A stretch of 59,322 bases of DNA, filler included, from Globobulimina sp. (lineage: Eukaryota): assembly GCA_003354225.1 (NCBI GenBank). It is 8 parts of 8 records of this genome, joined end to end, with 100 filler letters (N's around TTAATTAATTAA, not from the genome) between each part and the next. Parts side by side here need not be neighbours in the genome. Positions count along the whole stretch, not along the records: positions 1 to 7,391 come from PIVH01000160.1; positions 7,492 to 14,822 come from PIVH01000162.1; 6 more parts are not named here. One strand, written 5' to 3'. Shown one piece after another: positions 1-10,462 of the stretch (positions are counted from its first letter, which is position 1; each line of letters opens with the position of its first letter). The notes under the pieces were generated by a model that did not search any database, was not told the DNA's origin, and worked only from the letters and a program-made list of their open reading frames with translations. A program made the translations under genes and the position numbers.

Positions 1-53
1 ACAGCAGTTTCAACATCATTGTTGCTGCACTGAAGTCCAGGAGGCTGTCGTCA

Positions 54-2350
54 CTATGATACACTCGGATGCTTTGCGGTGCCAACAGCCATTGGGCTGT
101 CCGCCAAACTCGACGAGACCACCACTTTGCTCACACGCGAACCATAGATATCCTTCATCCATGTCTTTAAATCTTCAAAGTCAGCGTCCTTCTCAGCGGT
201 GAAATCTTTCATTCTTTCACCGTCAAACTCCGTGCCATCTTTATTGATCGCTTGGAACTGATAATCATCGTAATCTTGCAAGTTTAGGTATTCATCCAAG
301 TTATCCACAAAATAGATCACTTCCCAGTCGCGCGCACGTAACCGCTCCATGAAGGGACTGGCCTCCACCTCGGAGATACTCGGACCGGATATGTAATAAA
401 TGTGTTTCTGGCCGGCTTGCATACGCGACACATACTGTGCTAATGATAGCGGCGTCTCTGTCGATTTAGACGTCGGAAAACGTAATAAATCCAATAACCG
501 TTTCTTATTTCGTTGATCTTCTAACAATCCCAATTTGATTGATTTGCCGAATTCATTCTGATAATATACACAAACAAAATTACTATAACTCCGAACAGAA
601 ACAGTTTGTGTATATAATAAAAACGTTTTTGTTGCTATAACTCCGACACAAAAACACTTTTATTTAAATTTTTAACAGAAATCGTACCCAGAATTTTAAA
701 TATTTTGTATCAGTTTTTATCACCATTTCTTCCGCCTGTTCACCATCGTCATCTTCATCCTCCTCATCGGGTTCATCCATTCTCGCGATTTTCTTCAACA
801 TATCCAAGACTTTACGCGTTAATTTACGGGAAATTAACTTCATAACTTTGGATTTTTGTAAATCTTCACGGTTCACATTCAATGGCAAATCATTGGAATC
901 AACCAAACCTTTCACAAAATTTAAATATCGCGGCACAATGTCTTCAAATTCATCCGCCACCAAAACCCGCCGGACATATAATTTCATGGCCGATTTACTG
1001 TTATAATATTGATCATACATTCCCTGCGGTGCTGTGCTCGGGATATACAAAATTGAGTCAAATTCAATCTCTCCCTCGGCCTTAAAATGAGTATGACTCA
1101 AAGGGTCCTCACTGTCACTGGTCAACGCCTTGTAAAATTCCACATATTCTTCATCCTCAATTTGCGATGGACGACGACTCCAAATCGGCTTATTTTCATT
1201 CAACTATATACAAAAAAACAGAGTTTTTACATCGGCACATTCACTCTGAAAAACATCGTCAGATTCAGATATTTCAGTGCCGCACTTAACTCTCTTCCAG
1301 TATGTGACTGTACGTTCAATGGTTTTAGTTTTGGGCGCATCGACCTCCTCATCCTCACCAATGGTAATCTCATCATCTCCGTCCGCCGCAGCTTCATCTT
1401 CGTCCAACTCCACCTCTTCGGTCTCCGTCTTGCTCGAATGCAAAAAAATAGGATATTGTATAAACTGAGAATACCTTTTAATGGTAGTTTCGATCAAATC
1501 CTCCTCCAAAAAGGTCAATGCGTCGTCTTTTAATTTTAAGATGACCGCAGTGCCTCTCCCCAACGTATTGCCTCGCGGATCCTTAGTAATCTTAAAGTTG
1601 CCGTCAGCGCTGCTTGTCCATATTTGTTGGTCATCGTCGTTTGCTTTGCTTATAACAGTCACCTGGTCAGACACTAAAAACGCAGAATAAAAACCTACGC
1701 CAAACTGCCCAATCAAATTAGTTTGATCTGCACCGGATTCTGCCGCGGCGGCCATGGCTTCGTCTAAAAATGCGGCAGTGCCGGAATGTGCGATGGTGCC
1801 TAAATTCTCAGCTAAGTCTTTGGCGGACATTCCTGTCATAAATGGCATGGATGATGTGTAGAGATTTAATATTTCCAGAAATTTCTGAGTATGACATACC
1901 ATTTCCAGTGTCGAGTATAGTGAGTGTACCGGCGTCCTTATCCGCTTCTACTTTGATTTCGAATGCGGTGAAATCGCCTAATACGGTCTTGTCGGTCAAG
2001 GATTGCATTCTTATTTTGTCGATGGCATCGTTGCCATTTGAGATCAATTCGCGTAAGAAAATGTCACGGGTTTTGTATAAGGAGTTTATAATGATTTCCA
2101 TTAAACGATTTACTTCGGCCTGGAACTCCTGTTCTTGTCCTCCGGTGGATATTGCTTCTTGTTGTTCATCTGTGAATCTTTTTGAGTTTTGGAAAATGGA
2201 TATATATGACAATGACGTGGGTTGTAATTATAAATTCAGGTTAGAGACGTGGACAAACATTGAGACGATAGATTCTACGCCTTCGGATTCTTGTTCTTGG
2301 GCTAAACAGAATGAGAGTGTAATTGCAACGATTAGGAGGCGAACAAACAT
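54..2350 (-). CDS. HSP90B1: ER Hsp90 (endoplasmin/GRP94), multi-exon, C-terminus not seen
   Basis: Signal peptide MFVRLLIVAITLSFCLA from ATG 2350. Hsp90 motifs FQAEVNRLMEIIINSLY, FLRELISN, NLGTIAHSGT, LIGQFGVGFYSAF, YLNFVKGLVDSNDLPLNV, YVSRM. GT-AG introns at about 561-687, 1204-1289 and 1833-1898, plus one near 2180-2275. Confidence 0.93.
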
Positions 2351-2437
2351 GGTGAAGGCGATAATGATACAAAGAACGAATTACGAATGAAGAAAAAAAA
2401 CTTTCTAGTATTGAAGCTTTATAAAACTATGTTACAA

Positions 2438-3651
2438 TCAGTTAATGTTAATATCGTCAATATTAAGCCCATCAAATAAACTCATATTGTTTGTTGGGTC
2501 CATAGCATTCAATAAATTTGCAATATAGTTCTCATTATAAGTGTCATCTGATACTAAAGACTTTGGTAATAAACATTTAATTTTTTTTGATGGTCTTGAT
2601 CTGATTTTTTTTTTGTTTTTGTTTTTTCGTCGTTGTGAATTTCGAGCATAATGCGTTTTGGATACACTTCTCTTCATTTTTCCTGTCGTAAACGGTTTTT
2701 TATAACATTTGGATTTGTTTGGTTTTCGCTTCATTGAATGTACGGATTTTGAACGTTTTATTTTATATTTTTTGATAGTTTTTGGTGATAAATTAATTGT
2801 AATTTGATTAATGTCCTCGCGATCGGTATAGTTATTATCATCATTATATGTTTGAAGATTGATTTTATATTTTTGTAGATTTAATATTTTTGAATGCAAT
2901 TTTTCGTTTTCTTTGATCATTTCAGATATTAATTGATCTGATTTTTGTTTTCTTTTTAAAACGGACTTTTTTAATTGTTTTTGACGATATATCTCATCCT
3001 TTAAAATTGAAATATTTGTTTTTGATTTTTCAATTTGTTCAATGTAAATTTTAAGTGTCTCTTGAATTTTTTTTTTATGTGTTGATTTATTTTGCAATGT
3101 TTCTATTTTGTTTTGTAATGATATTATTGTATCATCATTTTCTTGTATTTTATGTTGAGCATTGTGTGCAATTTGGGCTATTTTTTGTTCTTTTTGTGAC
3201 AATAATTTTATTTTTGATGTTAAATTTTGATTTAATTTTATTAATTGTTTTACTTGCAATTTATATTTACAATTTTCATTTTTTAAGGTTTTATTTTCTT
3301 GATTTAAGTTACTATATTTGTCGCTATATTGTTGTTGGCATTCGATATTTTCATTATTCATTGTTGCAATTTTATTTTGTAATGCCCTCAACGCAGATAA
3401 TACAGCTTTTGATCCCCGTTTTTTAATTCTCTTTGCTTGAAACGATCGCACTGATGAAGTATCAAAAGAATTCACTGTTTTGGCATATTCATCGATTGTT
3501 GATTCTAGATCTATATCATCCATCTGCATTGGCATCATTTCAATATGTCTTTAATTCAAATTATGAAATTGTATGACATAATATTTGATTCTTGATTGAG
3601 TGATAATGTTATCATATAGATGGTATATTGCGTACTGAATCTAGTTGCCAT
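2438..3651 (-). CDS. Cep57/translokin-like coiled-coil protein (probable short 5' exon near 3651)
   Basis: SKAVLSALRALQNKI resembles the Cep57 N-terminal coiled-coil motif, followed by a long heptad region. Main ORF is 2438..3538. Confidence 0.5.
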
Positions 3652-3785
3652 TGGAATGTGGACAGACAAAAAGTTTTTTTTAAATTTATATAGGTATACA
3701 AATAACACACGAAAAAATTGAAACAATTAAATAATAAGAACATCACACACAATGCAAACAAAATACAAAGCGCACTTTTTTTATT

Positions 3786-4457
3786 TTAATGTTTATCATT
3801 AATCCCATTGTTACCGGCTTCCACAATTAAATATTTTAATTGCTTACGCATTGAATCCACTCTCTCGTCAATATCGTCAGTATCCCATTTATGTGATGAT
3901 TTCTGTCGATATAAACTGGAATTACTCGTTGTTTTTGTTTGCAATGCATTCGCTAAATCTCCATCACTGCTAAAACGTAATGTGTCCATTTGTTGTTTAA
4001 TATCATTTTCATATTCGTCCATCGCATTGTAATCCCATGGTATTTCCGTATCGCCTCTCATTAAATTTGCAGTTGCATAGTTCTCGTCCATTAACTTAGC
4101 TACATTTAATTTCAGTGCATTTGAGCTCTTATCAAATGTATATAAATCATTATCACTCTCTTCTGCGCTACACGACGAATAATCCGGATCGGTTTCGATA
4201 CTCGACATCGAACACAATGGTTCCATATTTGGTACATTTAAATTGTTATTTTCAGCTTGTTGATTGTATGCGATATCAATATCTGTTGATGGTGTATCCG
4301 TAGATTCCGGTGTGGTGCTATCTGGCTGGTCGTTTACACGAATTTGTAATCTTTTTTTGGAATTTGAAGCGCGTATTGCTTGTCGTTTAAATGCAGAAGT
4401 ATCCGGATTGGCTGTGTTTGTAGAACGAGAGCATTGGGAAACACCACACGAACCCAT
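3786..4457 (-). CDS. hypothetical acidic protein with predicted N-myristoylation/palmitoylation
   Basis: 223-aa ORF starting MGSCG. Confidence 0.6.
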   Translation of the reverse strand: MGSCGVSQCSRSTNTANPDTSAFKRQAIRASNSKKRLQIRVNDQPDSTTPESTDTPSTDIDIAYNQQAENNNLNVPNMEPLCSMSSIETDPDYSSCSAEESDNDLYTFDKSSNALKLNVAKLMDENYATANLMRGDTEIPWDYNAMDEYENDIKQQMDTLRFSSDGDLANALQTKTTSNSSLYRQKSSHKWDTDDIDERVDSMRKQLKYLIVEAGNNGINDKH

Positions 4458-4692
4458 GCTGCAAAAAAGTTTTTTCTGAGGCTTGAAAAAGTTTCAGGAC
4501 AAGTCCGTGGCTTCAACATTATGGGTGTTAAATATTACTATGTTATCCTCGCACTTTGTAGTAAGCAACACGTTAATTTAGCGGTGTGACAACACATGAA
4601 AATTGTTCTATTTATACACAGTGGAATCTGAATATCTGATTTGTAACATTACAAACGTATGAAATTAAATGCATGTGATATCGCAATTTGTC

Positions 4693-5133
4693 CTAATTGT
4701 TTCTATACGTACTCACATTTGTCCATCTTTCATCCGTGTTTCCTTCGATGGCTCCTTGTGCTTTTAACCTATCTTTCAAAGTATATGCTTGCCACATATA
4801 CACTCCATTGACACCAAATGTGAATAGAAATATAAAACCAATAATTCCTTGACCAAATTTGTCTGGTGTAGTTTTGTCAAAATATGCAGAGAATATTCTA
4901 TAAATTGATGACAAAATACCTTTGTGTCTGGGAGGTACTTGCTTCAATATTTTCATGTATGGTTCAGGGATTTTCCTCTTTTTGCCTTTTTTAATCAAAT
5001 GTGGTGGAATTCCTTCCTTTACTGGTTCTTTATCAACAGCGCTAGCAAATGCTCGATGGATTGGTCTTTGTAGCAGTTTAATGTGCGATCGCTTATATAT
5101 CATTGATGAAAACCGTAACACTGATAGCGACAT
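4693..5133 (-). CDS. small predicted mitochondrial single-pass membrane protein
   Basis: R/S/L-rich presequence (MSLSVLRFSS...HRAFAS) and one hydrophobic helix (GIIGFIFLFTFGV). Confidence 0.5.
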   Translation of the reverse strand: MSLSVLRFSSMIYKRSHIKLLQRPIHRAFASAVDKEPVKEGIPPHLIKKGKKRKIPEPYMKILKQVPPRHKGILSSIYRIFSAYFDKTTPDKFGQGIIGFIFLFTFGVNGVYMWQAYTLKDRLKAQGAIEGNTDERWTNVSTYRNN

Positions 5134-5182
5134 GATCGACGACAAAAACTCCACTTGATTGAGATTTTCTAAATTTTAAAAC

Positions 5183-7391
5183 ATGTCAGCTTCTTCACAG
5201 TGCTCTACATCGTCTGTGCTTGGCACAGGAGTGACTATTGCGTTTGGTATTATTTATGGAGTGACTTTATTGTCAGTTAGCATTTATTCTTATAGTTATA
5301 ACAAAGTGAAATCGTGGTTTAAGGATGTTTATAAAAGACGACGATGTTATTTGCCGATGATAACACATTTAATGGATATGATCACAGACATTGCTGTTAT
5401 CATTCAATTTGGTGAATTACCAACTACTCAAAAAGGAAATGATTGTGGTGTAAATACTATGTATTTGTTTGTCATATCAATATGTGTGTTAATATTTTAT
5501 CGCACAATATCAGCATTTTTAATATATCAATTAACAAAATCAGTGCAGAGGGCTGTTGTTCAATGGTTAGATTTTGAACTATTTCGGGCCCTTTACATTA
5601 ATTATTTATGTGATAAAAACGAACCTTCCTCGCCACAACGTTGGATTTCCTCATTAGAGGCAGCGTTTGAGTCAACACCTCAGGTAAATATATTACAGTG
5701 GTTTAGATTCTATTCATTTTAATTGAACTGTTGATATATAGGCATTGTTGCAGACAATTTTTTTAATAAAAAGCAAGACAGTCCGTAATAATCCAATCAT
5801 TTTGGCATCATTGATATTTAGTTTATGGTCAATTACTGCAAAAATAATATCTGATGACAGAGTTATATCTATTCCAAAGGCAAAATACTCCAACTTTAAA
5901 TACAAAAATTGTACAAAATGTGCATGTGTTTCTTGGACATTTACTGTTCGTTATTTATGGAGAATATTGGATGTATCCTCCAGAATATTCATTGGCAGTT
6001 TACTGTGGCTGGTCGTTGGCGGCTATTATTTATCGATAATTATTGGTATGGAGTGTACTGTAGTTTTGAGTATTTGCATTCTAACTAAAAGATGGGAATT
6101 TTTGTTTGGCGTTGTGGCCATTGTTATCTCTAAATCATCGGTCATAACAGAAGCAATATCAACAGTATTGATTGTTTATCGATGCGTGACAAATTTGCTC
6201 GTTATATCAGTCATAACGTGGATGTTTTACACGTCCAAACCAGTCGAATGCTGGAAATGTGCCAACCATCAGGAACGAGAACAATATAAATATGAAGCTT
6301 CAGCTTACTTAATGTTTCTTTATTGCTGGTTTGCTGCATTGGCGACACCCATTCTATCCACCTATTTATCATTGGAAGTCTTCGTGGGAACTAAATCGAA
6401 TTCGAGAACCATTGGCGCTATGATAGAAACACAAGATTGGAGAGGAATTTTAGAGATGCAAGCGTATAAAGGAGATTATGGTGTATATAATACTAAAACA
6501 GGTGAAAATTTACTGATGTTAGCAATTCATTATAATTATGGCAAATTGGTGAGCCATTTAATCAAACGAGATCGAGTTAGTTTGTGGCAAAAAACCAAAA
6601 ATGGTTATACCTTGTTAGATTTTTTCAGAATGAGCGAGGACAATGAAGTCAATAAGTTAAATAAGCGATATATGGGAGAGCTGCTATTGAAATCGAAGGA
6701 GAGCTGTTATAGTATGAAAACTAGGGAAGGAGAGAATGGCATTGCTTGTTTAGCTGCGTACATTGGGGATGTTGATTTATATAAAAAATTGAAAGTGGAA
6801 AGCACATCGATTCGAGCAGCATGGAAATATGCTCTTGAGGCTGATCAGCCTGATATGATATTCCATTTATTGGACGATCAAAAAGCAGAGAATCAAATGG
6901 AAAGTAGAATGATATCTTATAAGAAAGTAAATATTTTGGGTGCTTTGTTAACTGTCCCTCAATATCGAAATTGTTTAAGTCATGCAGAATTATGGTCCGC
7001 TGCAGCAAATACTGGCGATGAAAATGTACTGAAAGTGGTACAAAAATATTTTGGAAGACCAAATCTCATCGACATCGTGGATAAAGTTGTGAGAGAAACG
7101 AAACCAATTCTAAATGGACAGCAATATAAAATTGTTATGCTGGGTGATTCCGAATGTGGCAAAAGTGCATTAGTTAAGGGATATTTACATGACAACTCTG
7201 GCATATTTAAGGGGTATACGAGAATAAAAACTTCGAGAATAAAAAAAAAGGGTGTATGTTGGCTATTTTAGATGTTCCGTCTGGTGATGAATGCTCTGAT
7301 TTGAGAAATCATTGGATGATGGAAGGTGCAATTGCTATATTAGTGTATGATATTACTGACAGGAAATCTTTCAACGAATGTAGAAATCTGA
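5183..7391 (+). CDS. XK-related multipass membrane domain + ankyrin-like repeats + Ras-like small GTPase domain (3' truncated, frame break at ~7250)
   Basis: Intron 5684-5741 joins EAAFESTPQ|ALLQ (XK-family motif). Ankyrin-like TGENLLMLAIHYNYGKLVSHLI. P-loop YKIVMLGDSECGKSAL, then LAILDVPSG and ILVYDITDRKSF in the -1 frame. Confidence 0.7.
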
Positions 7392-7491
7392 NNNNNNNNN
7401 NNNNNNNNNNNNNNNNNNNNNNNNNNNNNNNNNNNTTAATTAATTAANNNNNNNNNNNNNNNNNNNNNNNNNNNNNNNNNNNNNNNNNNNN
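7392..7491. other. artificial contig linker (N44-TTAATTAATTAA-N44); also at 14823-14922, 22252-22351, 29681-29780, 37105-37204, 44525-44624, 51926-52025
   Basis: Seven identical 100-bp spacers with stops in all six frames; the contigs between them fall in length monotonically. Confidence 0.99.
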
Positions 7492-7527
7492 TTATTTATA
7501 AACAAATATTAACTAATAAATACAAAC

Positions 7528-7935
7528 ATGAAAAAAATAATATCATTATTATTTCTTATAGCATTCTTACTATTCACTTCAGTAGAAGAAACTGTTAAAT
7601 ACGAGAATATGAGAAATAATGTAGGAATAGTTCTACATCAGAATAATGATATGATGTTATCTAAAAAATATGATTTCAATATTGTATTACAAAATCAGAA
7701 AATATCTATCATTAAAAACATTGATGAGAGCTTGTCCGGTTACGTTCATGCTAAGTACATGATACGTAACAATGATGTGACTGCAATAACGTCACATGAA
7801 TTAACACGGATAATGCTTGATTCGAATTACGAACCATTTAACTGCATGTTAAACAACACATTAGCACGTAGTGATAATAAGACAAAAATGACATGTGACA
7901 TAAGAGGACCATGTTATATATGGAATTCAAGCTGA
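7528..7935 (+). CDS. phage hypothetical protein with N-terminal signal/TM segment
   Basis: MKKIISLLFLIAFLLF N-terminus. Confidence 0.55.
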   Translation: MKKIISLLFLIAFLLFTSVEETVKYENMRNNVGIVLHQNNDMMLSKKYDFNIVLQNQKISIIKNIDESLSGYVHAKYMIRNNDVTAITSHELTRIMLDSNYEPFNCMLNNTLARSDNKTKMTCDIRGPCYIWNSS

Positions 7936-7971
7936 AGGTATCAAAATTTATTAATTTAATCTTTAAAAATT

Positions 7972-8493
7972 ATGAAAAAGATAAAATACAGTGAAAATGA
8001 TATCAAAGATTTGCAAACTATGTTTGCTAAATTATTTCCAGAAATTAAACACATTAGCGTTACAGTAGAAAGATACGGTGTAGTAGTCGTAAGATTCTCA
8101 ATCACCAAGTGGTGGATTTTGAGAAAACTATTACCAAGTTTAGTAAGTACTGTTATTCCATTGTACGAATTGATAATCACGCAAGTGCCTAATCAATTAT
8201 CATACAGAAAGGCGAATAATAATACATATGCTAACAGTTACTCACAACAAATAACTTTTGTCGCAAATGAAGGACCTGAGTTCATGTGTGCATTTTTGAA
8301 GGAAAAAATTAATGAATTACCTGACGCAGTAGAAGTACAACTTTCAGATATTCTTGAAGAAACTAAGAATATAGCGACAAAAGAATCGCAACTTGAAGGT
8401 TCACTGATTGATAGGATAAAAATCTTTGATTCAGGAGGGAAGAACGACGTATTAGCTGAGCTATTATCGAGAGTCTTCACAAAAATGATATAG
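7972..8493 (+). CDS. phage hypothetical protein
   Basis: 173-aa ORF with an AT-rich leader, co-oriented with neighbours. Confidence 0.75.
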   Translation: MKKIKYSENDIKDLQTMFAKLFPEIKHISVTVERYGVVVVRFSITKWWILRKLLPSLVSTVIPLYELIITQVPNQLSYRKANNNTYANSYSQQITFVANEGPEFMCAFLKEKINELPDAVEVQLSDILEETKNIATKESQLEGSLIDRIKIFDSGGKNDVLAELLSRVFTKMI

Positions 8494-8770
8494 TATATAA
8501 GTAGTCAGTTACGACTTAAAGTAACACCTTATTACACTAGGGTACTTCTTGCAAAAAAGAATTCGAAGTTATATATACATATCACAATATTAAACTAATA
8601 AACTTTAAAATATTATGGTAATGGGTTGAAATACTACCCATTACCTATTAGTATTAGGTCAATTTACCATCAAGTATAGCTATTTACCGCATAGATAACA
8701 AAACTAAATTAATACATATACGTATTAGTATAGATGGTAAGTATTACCAATACCTAAAAAGAAAGGTATA
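8494..8770 (+). ncRNA. candidate structured intergenic RNA(s)
   Basis: Multi-branch fold 8494-8575; perfect 10-bp hairpin GGTAATGGGT/ACCCATTACC (8617-8645); long-range TTACCATC (8664-8671)/GATGGTAA (8733-8740) enclosing two hairpins. Confidence 0.45.
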
Positions 8771-8793
8771 CAATATTAACTAAATTATATTTT

Positions 8794-9414
8794 ATGAGAG
8801 TATTAGGCATAATGCTGTTAGTAAGTTACATGATGGTTGGCACAGAACTTTACGCACCAAATGTACAAGGCTATGATAGAAATGTCAAAGTTATGAATAC
8901 AAAAAACATTTTAAAATTCAATGATGTTTTAAAAGAAAAATATGATTACTATCCACACATTGATACAAGTATTATTAATATGGATATTAATTCTATGAAA
9001 CAAACATTGCGCAAAATGCTAACAGTTGAAGCAATAACACTTCAAGAAATAGGCCTCAGTTTTGCTGACTATAATAAACTAAGTCAAAAGCAAAAATGGG
9101 ATAAAGCCTACAACAAAAAAGAAGGTGCTACAGGAAACATGCAAATTCGCTGGGTCATGTGGTATCATTTAGTAAATGAATTAAAAATATGTAATTTCAA
9201 ATTAATAGACCGATGGGATGGTGATAAATCATTCAGTATGTTTATCGCATTTCAAAACTATTATAATCCTAACTGGTGTCTTGAAAAAGCCAGTAGAGAT
9301 TGGAATGGTGGCGGTAATATGGGATTACGTAAAAAAACAACATTGAATTATTACAAACAAGTAAAAGAAAAGTATGACAGACTAGTGAAAGAGTCAGACC
9401 TAGACTTGTCCTAG
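8794..9414 (+). CDS. lysozyme-fold / lytic transglycosylase (SLT-like) with N-terminal signal
   Basis: AITLQE (candidate catalytic Glu), EGATGNMQIR, ASRDWNGG...YY. Confidence 0.75.
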   Translation: MRVLGIMLLVSYMMVGTELYAPNVQGYDRNVKVMNTKNILKFNDVLKEKYDYYPHIDTSIINMDINSMKQTLRKMLTVEAITLQEIGLSFADYNKLSQKQKWDKAYNKKEGATGNMQIRWVMWYHLVNELKICNFKLIDRWDGDKSFSMFIAFQNYYNPNWCLEKASRDWNGGGNMGLRKKTTLNYYKQVKEKYDRLVKESDLDLS

Positions 9415-9472
9415 TCTTTGTCCCTAGCGATTGGTTTCGCTAGCCCCAGTAGTTTGAAATAAAAACTACCAA

Positions 9473-9502
9473 GCCCTCAAGTTAATTCTTGGGGGCATTT
9501 TT
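9473..9502 (+). terminator. intrinsic terminator-like hairpin
   Basis: GCCCTCAAG-TTAATT-CTTGGGGGC followed by ATTTTT. Confidence 0.55.
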
Positions 9503-9521
9503 ATACATAAAATTCAATATT

Positions 9522-10028
9522 ATGAAGATAAAGTTAACATTAAAACAATTATTGACATTAAGAGATTCAATAATTAATGAATTAAAATCTAATCAAAGAG
9601 CAATGATTAAAATCAATTCATGTAAAACTATTGATAAAGAATTTAATAGAGATATGTTTTTAAAAATCAAATATGCTCAAGAAGAATTAAGAAAAGATTT
9701 AATTCAATTAAAAGTAGACATAGCAATGCTAAATTTTAGCAGTGGTCAATTAGCTCAACCTGAACTCATATTCACGTTGTCAGAATTGAAAGAAGAATTA
9801 AAATGTTATCAAAATCTAAATATGAAAAAAGGAAAGTTTAAAGAATTTGGGAAATACGTTTCATACAGTACAATAATATCAGAAGAAACCGCAAATAAAC
9901 GAATAGACATTATCACAAAAGAAATAAACAGTATTGAAAATAGTTTAACCCATTATAATAATAAAACATTTCTAGATATAAATGTAACTAAAATTACATT
10001 TGATATCGCATCTAAAATAATAAATTAA
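9522..10028 (+). CDS. helical coiled-coil protein, DIP1984/DUF6847-like
   Basis: MKIKLTLKQLLTLRD...LIQLKVDIAMLN...IENSLTHYN pattern. ATG 9522 is preferred over TTG 9489, which lies in the terminator. Confidence 0.55.
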   Translation: MKIKLTLKQLLTLRDSIINELKSNQRAMIKINSCKTIDKEFNRDMFLKIKYAQEELRKDLIQLKVDIAMLNFSSGQLAQPELIFTLSELKEELKCYQNLNMKKGKFKEFGKYVSYSTIISEETANKRIDIITKEINSIENSLTHYNNKTFLDINVTKITFDIASKIIN

Positions 10029-10029
10029 T

Positions 10030-10437
10030 ATGAAGGTAATAACAATAGAAAGCAATCCTACTAATAATTTAGATAACATCATTAAAGAGATAAGTGCTCA
10101 TTATAAGGGTGATGTTATTACTGAAAATCATAACAGTAAAATTAATGAAATGATAGGTGAACTAAAATACAAAAAGAACAAATTACTTTCAGAATTAGAA
10201 AAATTAAGTCACAACGTAAACGAAACTATATTCAATGAATTATTGAATACGTTAAATACCAAAGTAGAAAATAAAGATAAAGATTTAATATTCATTTACA
10301 TTCAGAACAAAAAACAAATTGAAGTACTTAAAGAAAAATATCAAACAATAACCGTAGATAAAGACTTTATGTTCAATATAAATGAATATAATACAAATGA
10401 TAAAGCACTAGAGTTAATCAATAGATTGGCTATTTAA
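10030..10437 (+). CDS. phage hypothetical protein
   Basis: Translationally coupled to the upstream stop (TAAT ATG). Confidence 0.65.
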   Translation: MKVITIESNPTNNLDNIIKEISAHYKGDVITENHNSKINEMIGELKYKKNKLLSELEKLSHNVNETIFNELLNTLNTKVENKDKDLIFIYIQNKKQIEVLKEKYQTITVDKDFMFNINEYNTNDKALELINRLAI

Positions 10438-10462
10438 TATATTAATCAAACTTTATCAAATT

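Noticed and set aside
7254..7271. Possible 18-20-nt micro-intron GTATGT...TTTTAG
   Set aside because: Splicing either leads to an early stop or deletes the strand before G3. An A-run frame change explains the break better.
7436..7447. Regularly spaced TTAATTAATTAA palindromes
   Set aside because: Synthetic linker flanked by Ns.
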